Shown: positions 47,208 through 57,062, counted from the first letter of the stretch. The stretch is DNA of 64,000 bases from Nitrososphaeria archaeon (GCA_029775855.1 JARVJZ010000004.1:32001-96000); one strand, 5' to 3'. The notes: generated by a model not told the origin, from the sequence alone. Numbers and translations: made by a program.

Positions 47208-48623
47208 TTGGCTAAGCCAACACTCCTAGATGTCTATAAGTATCTACCTCAAACAAACTGTGGTGAATGCGGAGAAGTAAACTGCATGTCGTTTGCGTCT
47301 AAGCTTCTCGAGAGGCGTTATAAGCCTTCAGACTGCCCACCACTGGTAAAAGAGTCAAAATACAAGGATAAGATGGCAGCGCTAACGAAGCTTGTCGCGC
47401 CACCAGTTAGGGCTGTGGTGATAGGTAAAGGCAAAAATGCTGTAACCATAGGTGGAAAGGAGGTTATGTATCGCCACGAACTAACACTACATAACCCCAC
47501 AGCTATAGCAGTAGATGTCTCAGATTTAGACCCACCAGAACTCATTGAAGAAAGGTGCAAGAAGATCGAAGGTTTCAAGGTTATAAGAATAGGAGATGAA
47601 CTTAAACTTAACCTAGTAGCTGTTAGAGCAGCTTCTGCGGATCCTAGCCGTTTTGAGAAAGCAGTCGAGATCGCCGCAAAGAGCTGCAGCTACCCCATGG
47701 TGTTGTGCTCTTTTGACCCCACGATTTTAGCAGCTGCATTGCGGAAGCCTGAGGTTGCTGACTCAAGACCTTTACTTTATGCAGCTACGAAGGATAATTG
47801 GAGGGAGATGGTTGTTCTAGCAAGGAAATATAACTGCCCTATTGTAGCGTTTGAACCTGGCGGATTGGATGAGTTAAAGTCTCTAGCCTTAACAATAAAG
47901 GCTAATGGTGTTGAAGATATTGTGCTAGACCCAGGAACTTATACTGACGGTGCTGGTTTAAGGGACACCCTTAACAAATTTGTTATGATTAGGCGCGCTG
48001 CCATAAAAGCGGGGGATGAAGGGTTAGGTTACCCTATCTTAGGCGTACCCGCTATCACATGGCTTGATGGAGGTGAAGACCCCGTTAAATCTTACGAGGA
48101 AGCCTATCTTGCTGCGGTTATGATGGCACGCTCAGCAGACATACTGATACTTCATACATTACAACCCTATGCTCTGCTAGCCTTAACAACACTTAGGCAG
48201 AACCTCTACTCAGACCCTAGAAAACCAGTTGCGGTCGAGCCGGGTTTAAGAACATTCGGTAGACCTAGCGAAGATTCTCCTGTACTTGTGACGACTAACT
48301 TTGCCCTAACATACTACACTGTGGCAAACGATATAGAGTCACAAGGGAACAACTGCTACTTGCTAGTTGCTAACACAGGCGGCTTGGCTGTAGAATGTAG
48401 TGTAGCTGGAGGTCAGTTCAACGCATCCGTTGTGAAAAATCTTATTGATGAGACTAAGATAGAGACTAAAGTTAAGCACCGCATTCTAATCATACCTCAG
48501 CTCGCCGCAAGGCTAAAGGGTGATATTGAAGATACTACCCAGTGGGAGGTAATTGTAGGCCCGAGAGACTCCTCACAGATAAGGGACTTCCTTAATAAGA
48601 ACTGGCCGCCACAAAAGAATTAG
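47208..48623 (+). CDS. cdhE: Corrinoid Fe-S protein large subunit (ACDS gamma)
   Basis: LPQTNCGECG..NCMSFA...CP, YRHEL, YSDPRKP, TTNFALTY, VGPRDSS. Confidence 0.97.
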   Translation: MAKPTLLDVYKYLPQTNCGECGEVNCMSFASKLLERRYKPSDCPPLVKESKYKDKMAALTKLVAPPVRAVVIGKGKNAVTIGGKEVMYRHELTLHNPTAIAVDVSDLDPPELIEERCKKIEGFKVIRIGDELKLNLVAVRAASADPSRFEKAVEIAAKSCSYPMVLCSFDPTILAAALRKPEVADSRPLLYAATKDNWREMVVLARKYNCPIVAFEPGGLDELKSLALTIKANGVEDIVLDPGTYTDGAGLRDTLNKFVMIRRAAIKAGDEGLGYPILGVPAITWLDGGEDPVKSYEEAYLAAVMMARSADILILHTLQPYALLALTTLRQNLYSDPRKPVAVEPGLRTFGRPSEDSPVLVTTNFALTYYTVANDIESQGNNCYLLVANTGGLAVECSVAGGQFNASVVKNLIDETKIETKVKHRILIIPQLAARLKGDIEDTTQWEVIVGPRDSSQIRDFLNKNWPPQKN

Positions 48624-48652
48624 GTGACACATTTACGAGCTTCCGGTATAGG

Positions 48653-49060
48653 GTGGAGATCAGAAACCCAGCGAGATGCATAGGATGCTACAGCTGTGTG
48701 TTCGCCTGCTCAAGACACCTATTTAATGTAGTAGACCCCACGCGCACAGCTGTCTTTGTGGAGCTGGATCGCAAAGGTGGAAGAGCTCCTAAGGTAAGTA
48801 TGTGTAGGTTCTGTAAGGAGCCTGAGTGTGCCTACGCTTGCCCTCACGGTGCTCTGCAACCCCTTCCAGAGGGGGGTATCACACTTACGCCTTCTAAATG
48901 TGCCCCTTGCACAACTTACGATTGTGTAGAAGCGTGTCAGTATAAGGTTCTTGTGCTCGATAGGGAGAAGAAGATACCTATACTGTGTGATAGATGTGGT
49001 GATTGCGCAAAGTATTGTCCTCACAATGTTTTTTGGTATACGGAGGCTCCTGGAATATGA
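48653..49060 (+). CDS. Four-cluster [4Fe-4S] electron-transfer protein (CooF/HydN/AOR small-subunit type)
   Basis: 16 Cys in four groups: CIGCYSCVFAC, CRFCKEPECAYAC, CAPCTTYDCVEAC, CDRCGDCAKYC. Confidence 0.9.
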   Translation: MEIRNPARCIGCYSCVFACSRHLFNVVDPTRTAVFVELDRKGGRAPKVSMCRFCKEPECAYACPHGALQPLPEGGITLTPSKCAPCTTYDCVEACQYKVLVLDREKKIPILCDRCGDCAKYCPHNVFWYTEAPGI

Positions 49061-50874
49061 ATAGTAGAGTTCTTTATGTTGATCTATCTGAATGCAAGAG
49101 TCGAGTTGAAGATAGGCGGGATCTATTCGAGAGTATGTTAGGTGGTGTAGGTGTTGCTTCACAAATACTTCTAGAAGAGAGCAAGCCACGCATAGACCCC
49201 TTCTCACCAGAAGCCCCAATAATATTTGCAACAGGACCTTTAACAGGCATATATCCGTGCATGGCTAAAGCGGTCGCGCTTTTTAAGTCTCCTCTTACTG
49301 GGAATTTGGGTGAAACGCATGCTGGTGGACACTTCGCAACCGCTTTAGCTACAGCAGGATACGGTGCACTTGTAATAAAAGGAAGCGCTCTACACCCTCA
49401 GGTACTTAAGATACGTGATGACAGGGTTGAGTTGAAGACAGCCTCCTCTCTTTGGGGGCTTGGGACAAGGGCGGTTGATGAAGCATTAGCTGAGCCGATT
49501 AAAACTGGTTTACAGAGCATAGCGGCCATAGGTCCGGCTGGCGAGCATATGGTACTCTATTCAAATGTTATAGTAGACCTTCACCACCATTTTGGAAGGT
49601 TAGGTTTAGGTGCGGTTTTAGGAGCTAAGAAGATTAAGGCTATTTCAATCATCGGCACCAAGAGCATTACACTAGAAAAACCTAACGCTGTAAAGGCGTT
49701 TTACGAGAAGATTGAGCACGAAGTTGTCGCTACAGATAAGATGTTGAAGTATCACAATTTAGGCACACCTAGTAACGTGCTTGAATTAAATGCGTTAGGC
49801 GCTTTACCTACTCGAAACTTTCGGGAAAGGAGATTTGAAGGCGCTGAAGAGATGTCTGGAGAAAGATTCGCTGAGACTGTGTTTAGGAGGAAGGTTACTT
49901 GCACTAACTGCCCAGTAGCATGCATACATCTAGGCGCATTTACAAAGAGTTTCGCACCGGAGCACGAGCGTGGTAGAAGTGAGATTATTAAGGAGGAGTT
50001 GGTTGTTGCATATAACTATGAACCTATGTTCGCACTAGGTTCAAACCTTGGAATAAGCGAACCAAGCCGTATACTTGAACTCATTGAGTTATGCGAAGAT
50101 CTGGGCTTAGACGCTATGATGACAGGCTCTGTTTTAGCGTGGGTGACTGAAGCTTGTGAGAGAGGGGTGTTAGACGAAAAAATTCTTGGAATTAAGCCAA
50201 AATGGGGTGATCCTGATAATATTTACCCGCAGATGATTAGAAGGATAGCCGAATCTAAAGACCCCTTCTATGCAAAGCTTGCCCAAGGTCTAGTCAAAGC
50301 TTCAGAGAGATATGGAGGTAATGAGTTTGCAGCCTCTCTAGGTGGGAACAGCCCAGCAGGCTACGCCACAGGCTATGGGCACATAGTGGGAACCCTTGTG
50401 GGAGCAAGGCATTCCCATCTCAGCAACTCAGGCTACTCCATAGATCAGCAGATAATATCAGGAAAAGCTAAGGTTGACGATATAGCAGAGTTTCTGGTGA
50501 GGCAAGAGAATTGGCTCTATGTGCTTTATTCTCTAGTAGCATGCTACTTTTCAAGGAGTGTGTATACTCCTGAGTATGTGGTAGAGGCTTTAACTACTGT
50601 AGGTATAAACACAACCAAGGAGGAGTTGGAGAAGCTGGGAATGAAGGTCTTTCATAATCTCTACAAGTTTAAGATGCAAGAAGGCTTCGACTTAGAGAAG
50701 CAGTATATACCTAAGCTTCTTAAAGAGCTCGATACACCAATCGGAAGATTAGAGCCACAAACGTTAAACAAGATAGTTAAGAGGTATATAGCTCTAAGGG
50801 AGAGAGAAGGGTTAAAAATAAGTAGAGAGGAGAAAACATTAGCAGACCTACTTCTCCCTTCAGATAAAGATTAG
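49057..50874 (+). CDS. Tungsten aldehyde:ferredoxin oxidoreductase-family enzyme (start re-assigned to ATG 49057)
   Basis: KSPLTG..GETHAGG, IGPAGE, GRLGLGAVLGAKKIKAI, LPTRNF, CTNCPVAC, DLGLD, VAC; ATGA overlap with the ferredoxin gene. Confidence 0.93.
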   Translation: MNSRVLYVDLSECKSRVEDRRDLFESMLGGVGVASQILLEESKPRIDPFSPEAPIIFATGPLTGIYPCMAKAVALFKSPLTGNLGETHAGGHFATALATAGYGALVIKGSALHPQVLKIRDDRVELKTASSLWGLGTRAVDEALAEPIKTGLQSIAAIGPAGEHMVLYSNVIVDLHHHFGRLGLGAVLGAKKIKAISIIGTKSITLEKPNAVKAFYEKIEHEVVATDKMLKYHNLGTPSNVLELNALGALPTRNFRERRFEGAEEMSGERFAETVFRRKVTCTNCPVACIHLGAFTKSFAPEHERGRSEIIKEELVVAYNYEPMFALGSNLGISEPSRILELIELCEDLGLDAMMTGSVLAWVTEACERGVLDEKILGIKPKWGDPDNIYPQMIRRIAESKDPFYAKLAQGLVKASERYGGNEFAASLGGNSPAGYATGYGHIVGTLVGARHSHLSNSGYSIDQQIISGKAKVDDIAEFLVRQENWLYVLYSLVACYFSRSVYTPEYVVEALTTVGINTTKEELEKLGMKVFHNLYKFKMQEGFDLEKQYIPKLLKELDTPIGRLEPQTLNKIVKRYIALREREGLKISREEKTLADLLLPSDKD

Positions 50875-50882
50875 AGGAGGAG

Positions 50883-51239
50883 GTGAAAAGAAACTTGTGT
50901 GAACTTAAGGTGTCTTTAAAGGAGGACGGCAAGTCGGTAGAGGTTGCGCAAGATGTGATCTACGTTAAGCTATCTGAGCAAAATCTCATATTGAGAGATG
51001 TTTTAGGCAGCTCTAAGATCGTTGAAGGCGCGTTAGTTGAGGAGCTCGATATATCTAAAGAGAGCCTAATCCTCCTTAAATCGCCTCTGCTCACCAAGGT
51101 GGCAAGATTCCTTAGTATACTTAACGCATCTATTTCCACCAGAAGATATGACCAAAGCATCGAAGCAGCTTGGGAGGATGTTAAGGCTGAAGGCGATAGA
51201 TGCATCAGAGAAGCGTGGAAGATGGGTAGGAAAGGTTGA
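50883..51239 (+). CDS. cooT: CooT-family nickel-binding protein with a C-terminal helical extension
   Basis: CELKV..., AQDV, LRDVLG..K.V.G.L.E.D pattern; next to the cooC genes. Confidence 0.72.
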   Translation: MKRNLCELKVSLKEDGKSVEVAQDVIYVKLSEQNLILRDVLGSSKIVEGALVEELDISKESLILLKSPLLTKVARFLSILNASISTRRYDQSIEAAWEDVKAEGDRCIREAWKMGRKG

Positions 51240-52027
51240 CTATTTCAATAGCAGTTACTGGGAAAGGTGGAGTGGGTAAGACTACCATAGCAGCCCTACT
51301 AGTCAAAACTATCCACGATAAAACTGGTGAAATAGTGTTAGCAGTCGACGCAGACCCAAACTCAAACCTACATGAGGCTCTAGGTGTAAAGGCGGGTAAG
51401 AGCATAGGGGATATACGCGAAGAACTGCTAAAACTAGGAGAACAAATACCCCCGGAGCAGGGAAAGGCAGATTATCTCGAAGGATTGATAGAAGGCGCTA
51501 CTGTAGAAGGCGAAGGTTTCGACTTAATCAGCATGGGTAGGCCAGAAGGACCAGGCTGCTACTGCTACGTTAACCATCTGCTTAGAAAGGTGCTTGATAA
51601 AGTTAGTGAAAGATATAAGTTTGTGGTTATAGATGCTGAGGCTGGATTAGAGCACTTCAGCAGACGCACTACTAGAGATGTTGATATTCTTATTGTGGTC
51701 TCAGACCCTACTGCACGTGGATTTATGACGGCTAAGAGGGTTAAGGAACTTGTGTCTGAGCTTAACACAAAGTTTGGAAAGATGTATATGGTGGTCAACC
51801 GAGTGCCTCAGAGCTTCGCTGACAAGGTTGCCGAAGAGGCTGCTAAAGTAGGAATAGAATGCATAGCACTTATACCTGAAGATGAATTAGTAGCGGAGTT
51901 CGACTTAGCGGGCAAACCTCTGACATCACTACCACCAGACTCTAAAGCATACCAAGCAATTCAAAAGATTGTCGAGAAGCTACCGCTTAAAGAAGCGGAG
52001 CAGACGCTCTGGTGGCAGAAGATTTGA
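51236..52027 (+). CDS. cooC: CooC/AcsF nickel-insertion ATPase
   Basis: GKGGVGKTT, DADP, GPGCYC, DAEAGLEHFSR. Confidence 0.93.
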   Translation: MTISIAVTGKGGVGKTTIAALLVKTIHDKTGEIVLAVDADPNSNLHEALGVKAGKSIGDIREELLKLGEQIPPEQGKADYLEGLIEGATVEGEGFDLISMGRPEGPGCYCYVNHLLRKVLDKVSERYKFVVIDAEAGLEHFSRRTTRDVDILIVVSDPTARGFMTAKRVKELVSELNTKFGKMYMVVNRVPQSFADKVAEEAAKVGIECIALIPEDELVAEFDLAGKPLTSLPPDSKAYQAIQKIVEKLPLKEAEQTLWWQKI

Positions 52028-52818
52028 AGATAGCAGTAGCGGGTAAAGGTGGTGTAGGCAAGACCACAGTGAGCGGCGTATTAGCGAGGGCGATGGCACG
52101 CCGTGGGTATAAGGTTCTTGCAATAGATGCTGACCCCGCGATGAACCTATGGCTATCTTTAGGTGTGCCAAAGTCAGCCTTGACCAACATTACACCCTTA
52201 TCTGAAAATGATAACCTAATAGAAGAACGCACTGGTGCAAGACCCGGATCCATAGGTGGAGTCTTCAGCTTAACACCTAAAGTTAGTGACCTCACTGACA
52301 AATATGGTATCACGGGTCCTGATGGTGTTACCCTTCTGGTATTAGGTACGGTTAAGTCTGCTGGTGGAGGATGTATGTGCCCAGCTAACGCTCTTCTTAA
52401 AGCGCTTCTACGCCACCTTCTATTAGATAGAGAAGATGTTGTTGTGTTAGATATGGAGGCTGGGTTAGAGCATCTAGGTAGGGGTGTTGTAAAGGGTGTT
52501 GATGTACTTCTGGCTGTGGTTGAGCCTAGCTATAGATCTATTGAGACAGCCTTCAGAGTGAAGAAGTTGGCGCAAGACCTTGGTGTTAAGCGCGTTTATG
52601 TGATTGGTAATAAGATTAGTCGGGATGAAGAAGCCTTTTTTGTTAAGAGTGAGACAGAGAAGCTAGGGATGAATCTTTTAGCCAATATCCCCTTAGACCA
52701 AGCTATACCTGCTGCTGAAATGGCTGCGCTGTCACCCATAGACTACGCCCCAGCCTCACCGGCGGTAAAAGCGATTGAAGGTCTAACTCACCGTCTTAAG
52801 GAGATAATAGCTAGCTGA
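52012..52818 (+). CDS. cooC: Second CooC-family nickel-insertion ATPase
   Basis: GKGGVGKTT, GGGCMCP, DMEAGLEHLGRG. Confidence 0.93.
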   Translation: MAEDLKIAVAGKGGVGKTTVSGVLARAMARRGYKVLAIDADPAMNLWLSLGVPKSALTNITPLSENDNLIEERTGARPGSIGGVFSLTPKVSDLTDKYGITGPDGVTLLVLGTVKSAGGGCMCPANALLKALLRHLLLDREDVVVLDMEAGLEHLGRGVVKGVDVLLAVVEPSYRSIETAFRVKKLAQDLGVKRVYVIGNKISRDEEAFFVKSETEKLGMNLLANIPLDQAIPAAEMAALSPIDYAPASPAVKAIEGLTHRLKEIIAS

Positions 52819-52820
52819 AC

Positions 52821-53846
52821 ATGCCTATGCAGCAAGCTAGGGAAGGAGACTTCATAGAACTCGACGAATACTCTATCTTCGAAGTAAAGGGTCTAAGCCA
52901 CCCATCTTATGGAGTGATAGCGTATCCACGCTACCTACCTAGCGAGAGAGGGGTGAGGATAAGATGTGGCAGAAGGTATCTGAGGCTTTACACCTTTGAA
53001 GAGAGGGAGAAGGTGCTTAAAGGGAGGTTCGCGCAATACTACACCTTTAACCCCTACTACAATAGACTGCTGCCTATAATACCTTGGGGCAGAGTTCAAA
53101 GACACTTCAAACCACAAGATATGGTTAGAGTGTTAAGAGCATCACACAATCTTGCTGGTTTAAGACTAAAGGTGCTGGAGTTCATCGAATATATCTCCAG
53201 AGAAGCGGATGTGCCAACAGATAACCTTGGTATATCAGGCTCCATTTTGCTTGGGTTAGAAGAAGAGAACTCTGACATAGACTTAATCGTGTACGGTCTG
53301 AAAGAATCAGCAAAGGTTAGGGAAGCAATCTTAAACGCTATGGCTGAAGGAAGCGTTTTACGGACTCTCACAGAAGAGAGGCTAAAAGAGCTCTATCTAT
53401 TCAGATCAAGGGATACGGCTATGCGCTATGAAGATTTTAAAAGGGTTGAGCAGAGGAAGAGCAACCAAGGTCTCTTTAAAGATACACTCTTCTTCGTCAG
53501 ATATCTTAGAGAGTGGAGCGAGGTAGAGGAGCGGTATGGTGAATATTCGATTCGAAGATTAGGATACGGTAAGATATATGCTAAAGTTGCTGACGCAAAT
53601 GAAGCACATATGTGCCCCGCAATCTACATCCTAAAAGATGTTACCTTGCTCTCAGGTCCGAGCTGGACAACTATAGATAGGCTAATTACGTGGCGAGGTA
53701 GGTTTGCTGAACAAGCATCTGAAGGCGAAGCTATCGTTGCGCAAGGATTTATGGAGGAAGTATTATTTAGAGATAGAGTGGTTAAGCAGATGGTGGTAGG
53801 TGAAGAGCGCTATGACACCATCCTACCAAAGTGGCGAGAATTATAA
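52821..53846 (+). CDS. Predicted archaeal nucleotidyltransferase (COG1665-like)
   Basis: EGDF, VKG..HP, GISGSIL.G....SDIDLIVYG, RGRFAEQA..GE. Confidence 0.82.
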   Translation: MPMQQAREGDFIELDEYSIFEVKGLSHPSYGVIAYPRYLPSERGVRIRCGRRYLRLYTFEEREKVLKGRFAQYYTFNPYYNRLLPIIPWGRVQRHFKPQDMVRVLRASHNLAGLRLKVLEFIEYISREADVPTDNLGISGSILLGLEEENSDIDLIVYGLKESAKVREAILNAMAEGSVLRTLTEERLKELYLFRSRDTAMRYEDFKRVEQRKSNQGLFKDTLFFVRYLREWSEVEERYGEYSIRRLGYGKIYAKVADANEAHMCPAIYILKDVTLLSGPSWTTIDRLITWRGRFAEQASEGEAIVAQGFMEEVLFRDRVVKQMVVGEERYDTILPKWREL

Positions 53847-53849
53847 AGC

Positions 53850-55118
53850 CTAAATGTTTTTGAATGTTAATATGCGTTCATACAGATCTAAATTGTCTCT
53901 AACACCCCTCTCTAAGCTATAATGCTGTTCGTAAATAGCCCTTCCCCTTTCTCCTAACCTCCTTCTAAGAGCGTCGTTCGAAAGCAGTGTTAAAAGTGCT
54001 TCAGAAAGCTGCTTCACATCCCCGGGCTTAACAAGATAACCATTGACACCAGGCCAGATCTGCATCATTATACCTCCTGTAGCTGAGCCTATCACGGGTT
54101 TGCTAAAAGCCATCCCTTCGGTGACCGTTAATCCAAAGCCCTCTTTAAGTGAAGGTAGCACTACAACATCACATTCTTCGTATGCTTGCATCAATTCGCT
54201 TCTAGAAACGCTTCCAGCGAATATTACTGTGGAGTGTAAGCCCAACTCTTCTACGAGGTTTCTTAAATACTGCTCATAGACCTTCTTCTCGCTTGTCTTC
54301 AGAACATCCTTGGTCATGGAGCCGTTTCCGATAAATACACATTTAATCTTTGGAAAAGCTTTGACAACCTTTGGCAGTGCTCTTAGTAGCCTATCTTGAC
54401 CCTTTAAGGGGTCGATTCTTGCCACGCATAAAATGATCTTTTCATCTAAACCTATTCCATATTTCCTTCGAAAGTCATTTTTTTGAGGCTTCTCGACTGT
54501 CCCAAATGGATTTATGCATGTAATTTTGTTCCAAGATAAGCCGTGTTCAATAGCATTTGCCACATATGCCCTTGTAGAGAACACCACATTATCATATTCA
54601 GCCATATAGTTGATGACAAAATCCAACCAAACTTTAGGCGTCTCTTCTATAAAAGGGATATGCCAAGTGAAGATCTTAGGTACCTTAAGATCTTTTAACA
54701 ACCAAGCAAGTGGTAGCACCTGATAATCATGGACGTGTAAAATATCGAATGGCTCCTTAGCGTATACTTCTCTTACTCTTTCGGCAAAATGTAAGTTGAC
54801 TGTTAAGTATTCGTTGAATCCGTAGAGGTGTCTGTTTATCAACTTCTCCTCTGATTTCTCTACACCGTGGAAGACCTTTGAAATGAGATCTTTGAATCTT
54901 GTATAACCTTCCATAACCCTTTGCTCTAAATCCTCCTTTGGAGCGCGATAGACCTTTATAGATTCAATCTCATCCTCAATCGATACATCTTTTGGCCTAA
55001 GATGTATTACAGATAGCTTATGTCCTAATTCGTAGCATCGCCGACCAAGCCACAGAAGATAGTATGAAACTCCTCCAGTATAGGGGAAGAAAGATTGGCT
55101 AACCGTGCATATCTTCAT
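53850..55118 (-). CDS. GT4 glycosyltransferase, TreT-like trehalose synthase candidate
   Basis: GGV, HVHDYQ, WHIP, ARIDPLKG, EGFGLTVTEGMA..KPVI. Confidence 0.85.
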   Translation of the reverse strand: MKICTVSQSFFPYTGGVSYYLLWLGRRCYELGHKLSVIHLRPKDVSIEDEIESIKVYRAPKEDLEQRVMEGYTRFKDLISKVFHGVEKSEEKLINRHLYGFNEYLTVNLHFAERVREVYAKEPFDILHVHDYQVLPLAWLLKDLKVPKIFTWHIPFIEETPKVWLDFVINYMAEYDNVVFSTRAYVANAIEHGLSWNKITCINPFGTVEKPQKNDFRRKYGIGLDEKIILCVARIDPLKGQDRLLRALPKVVKAFPKIKCVFIGNGSMTKDVLKTSEKKVYEQYLRNLVEELGLHSTVIFAGSVSRSELMQAYEECDVVVLPSLKEGFGLTVTEGMAFSKPVIGSATGGIMMQIWPGVNGYLVKPGDVKQLSEALLTLLSNDALRRRLGERGRAIYEQHYSLERGVRDNLDLYERILTFKNI

Positions 55119-55127
55119 CCCAAAGAT

Positions 55128-57062
55128 TCAACTCCGAATCTTAAGAGAGAAACTTTCATACCACTTCTTATCCGTCTTAGGTAAAATGAAGTCGGAGAGT
55201 ATAGCTATTACCTTATCTGCATCACGCGTAGAGAGCCAGCCGCGGAGCTTTAGTTGACCAAGTCCTTCTAAAAGGGTTGTAAGAAAATCGTGGTTTCTGA
55301 GCAGGTTGAGCCGAGCGCATGAGTTAAGCACCTCTTCTTCAAAAGAGTAGTTTTGCTTCATCACCTCATAGAGTCGCTCCTTCACTACTCGGTCAAAGCT
55401 CTTTAGCATTATCTCTAAAGATAACTTCTTTGACCAAGGTGTTTTGTAGACTTGTTTGACCTTTATGGGTGTGTATAGTGAATATCGACGCTCAGTTAAC
55501 GTCTCAAAGCATACCAAGTAGAGGGGGATCTGGATTAAAGTAGGTGCTTCAAGCTCAAGGCTCTTAGGAAGATATATTGCCGCGCCGTAGAAACTATGGA
55601 TGAAAGACCTTTTCAATTCGATTAGTCTTTCTACTTGCGCGGTAATCTCATTACTTCTCCATCTAATTTCATCAATTCTTCTTCTAAGCGCCTCAAGCCT
55701 AATTGCCATCTCAAGCTGTAGAGCAGCAATCTTTAATCTTACCTCATCAGACTTCAGCCTATACTCTCTATCAACCCTAAGGATCTCATCATGTCTCCTC
55801 TTTTTGAAATCCTCTATTTGATGAGGAATGCTTGCAAGCTGCGCCTTATTCTCTACAGTCGATGCATCAAGGTCTTTAATAGCCTTCTCTATATCAGAGA
55901 TCTGCTTGTTTAAGTTAACTATCTCTTCTTGAAGTCTTAAGCGTTTTTCATCCTCATCGCCAAGTTCCTTCTTCAATCTTAAGATAACTTCGTTAACCCT
56001 ATTTATCTCTAGGCTGAGCTTTGATAAGCGTTCTCTTGTCACGCTCAGCTCGGATGCAACGCCTTTTTGTTCCTCCGCTAACCCTTCTAAACGGATCTGC
56101 TCCATCTTTAAGTTTTCAAGTTTAAGCAATTGTTCTTCAATTTCGTTGGATATTTCGTTTCGTCTACTCTGTGGCGCATTCAGCTGTTTTAGTAAAGCTT
56201 CTCTCGACTGTTGTAGTGTTTTAAGCATTTTAAGACATTCGCTCCGCTTTTGTTGAAGCTGTTGTATTTCGCTTTGCAGCCTTTGCTGCTCGTTTAGCAG
56301 AGATTTAACCTCTTCATCCATCTTTTTCTCAAGCTCAGACACCTTCGATTGATACATCACCCTTAAGTCTTCTAGTTTAGCGGTTACTCTCGCTTCTTCT
56401 ATTAGCGTCTGATACTCTTTCTGAATCTTCTCAGATTCCTCCTTAAGCTTATTCACCCATTCGCTTGTTAAAGCTGTAAGTTTTTTCCTAACAGAGCCGA
56501 GAGCCTCGATCTCTGCTTCAGCCTCCCTTAACATCTTTACGAAGGTTGAGACTTGTTGCCAAGAAACTTTAGGGCTTAGCGAGAGTGCATTAACTACAGA
56601 TTCCTTCTTATAATGAAGGATGTATCTTTGCAGTTCGGAGACCAAATCTTTATTCGAAATAAGGCTGAGTATAAACGGTCTAGAAGCTTTAACACTAAAG
56701 AATGTAAAAGTATGCCTCCTTAAAGTATCAAGGTATTCTTCACCAGACCTCGACCTTTCAAGATCTTCGACAAAATCCTCAAAGCTTTGAAGTTCATCAT
56801 AACAGAACGCTTGAGGAAAGAGCTCAAGGGCATCAATAACCAGACCCTTTCCATCCTTCCAAGGAGTGATCCAAGCAGAGTAGTAGATTTTAGATACAAG
56901 GGCGATCTTTGAGGCGTATCTAGATTTCTTAAATAGACGTTTACACTCTTGCTCAAGGAAAAGGAAGAATAGAGCAGATTCTACGTCTTTTGTGAACCCT
57001 TTTATCCATCCCTTCTTATCTTCGTCAAGCGCATATGGTAGTATAATCGGTGTTTCCTCCAA
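55128..57062 (-). CDS. Long coiled-coil protein with globular N- and C-termini
   Basis: About 300 aa of continuous heptad E/K/L/Q/R-rich sequence; no Walker motifs. Confidence 0.8.
   Translation of the reverse strand: MEETPIILPYALDEDKKGWIKGFTKDVESALFFLFLEQECKRLFKKSRYASKIALVSKIYYSAWITPWKDGKGLVIDALELFPQAFCYDELQSFEDFVEDLERSRSGEEYLDTLRRHTFTFFSVKASRPFILSLISNKDLVSELQRYILHYKKESVVNALSLSPKVSWQQVSTFVKMLREAEAEIEALGSVRKKLTALTSEWVNKLKEESEKIQKEYQTLIEEARVTAKLEDLRVMYQSKVSELEKKMDEEVKSLLNEQQRLQSEIQQLQQKRSECLKMLKTLQQSREALLKQLNAPQSRRNEISNEIEEQLLKLENLKMEQIRLEGLAEEQKGVASELSVTRERLSKLSLEINRVNEVILRLKKELGDEDEKRLRLQEEIVNLNKQISDIEKAIKDLDASTVENKAQLASIPHQIEDFKKRRHDEILRVDREYRLKSDEVRLKIAALQLEMAIRLEALRRRIDEIRWRSNEITAQVERLIELKRSFIHSFYGAAIYLPKSLELEAPTLIQIPLYLVCFETLTERRYSLYTPIKVKQVYKTPWSKKLSLEIMLKSFDRVVKERLYEVMKQNYSFEEEVLNSCARLNLLRNHDFLTTLLEGLGQLKLRGWLSTRDADKVIAILSDFILPKTDKKWYESFSLKIRS

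Noticed and set aside
49003-49056. ORF-track N-terminal extension of the AOR
   Set aside because: Overlaps the ferredoxin gene; ATG 49057 with GGAGG and an ATGA overlap is the better start
55128-57062. SMC/Rad50 ATPase
   Set aside because: No Walker A/B, signature motif, hinge or Zn-hook
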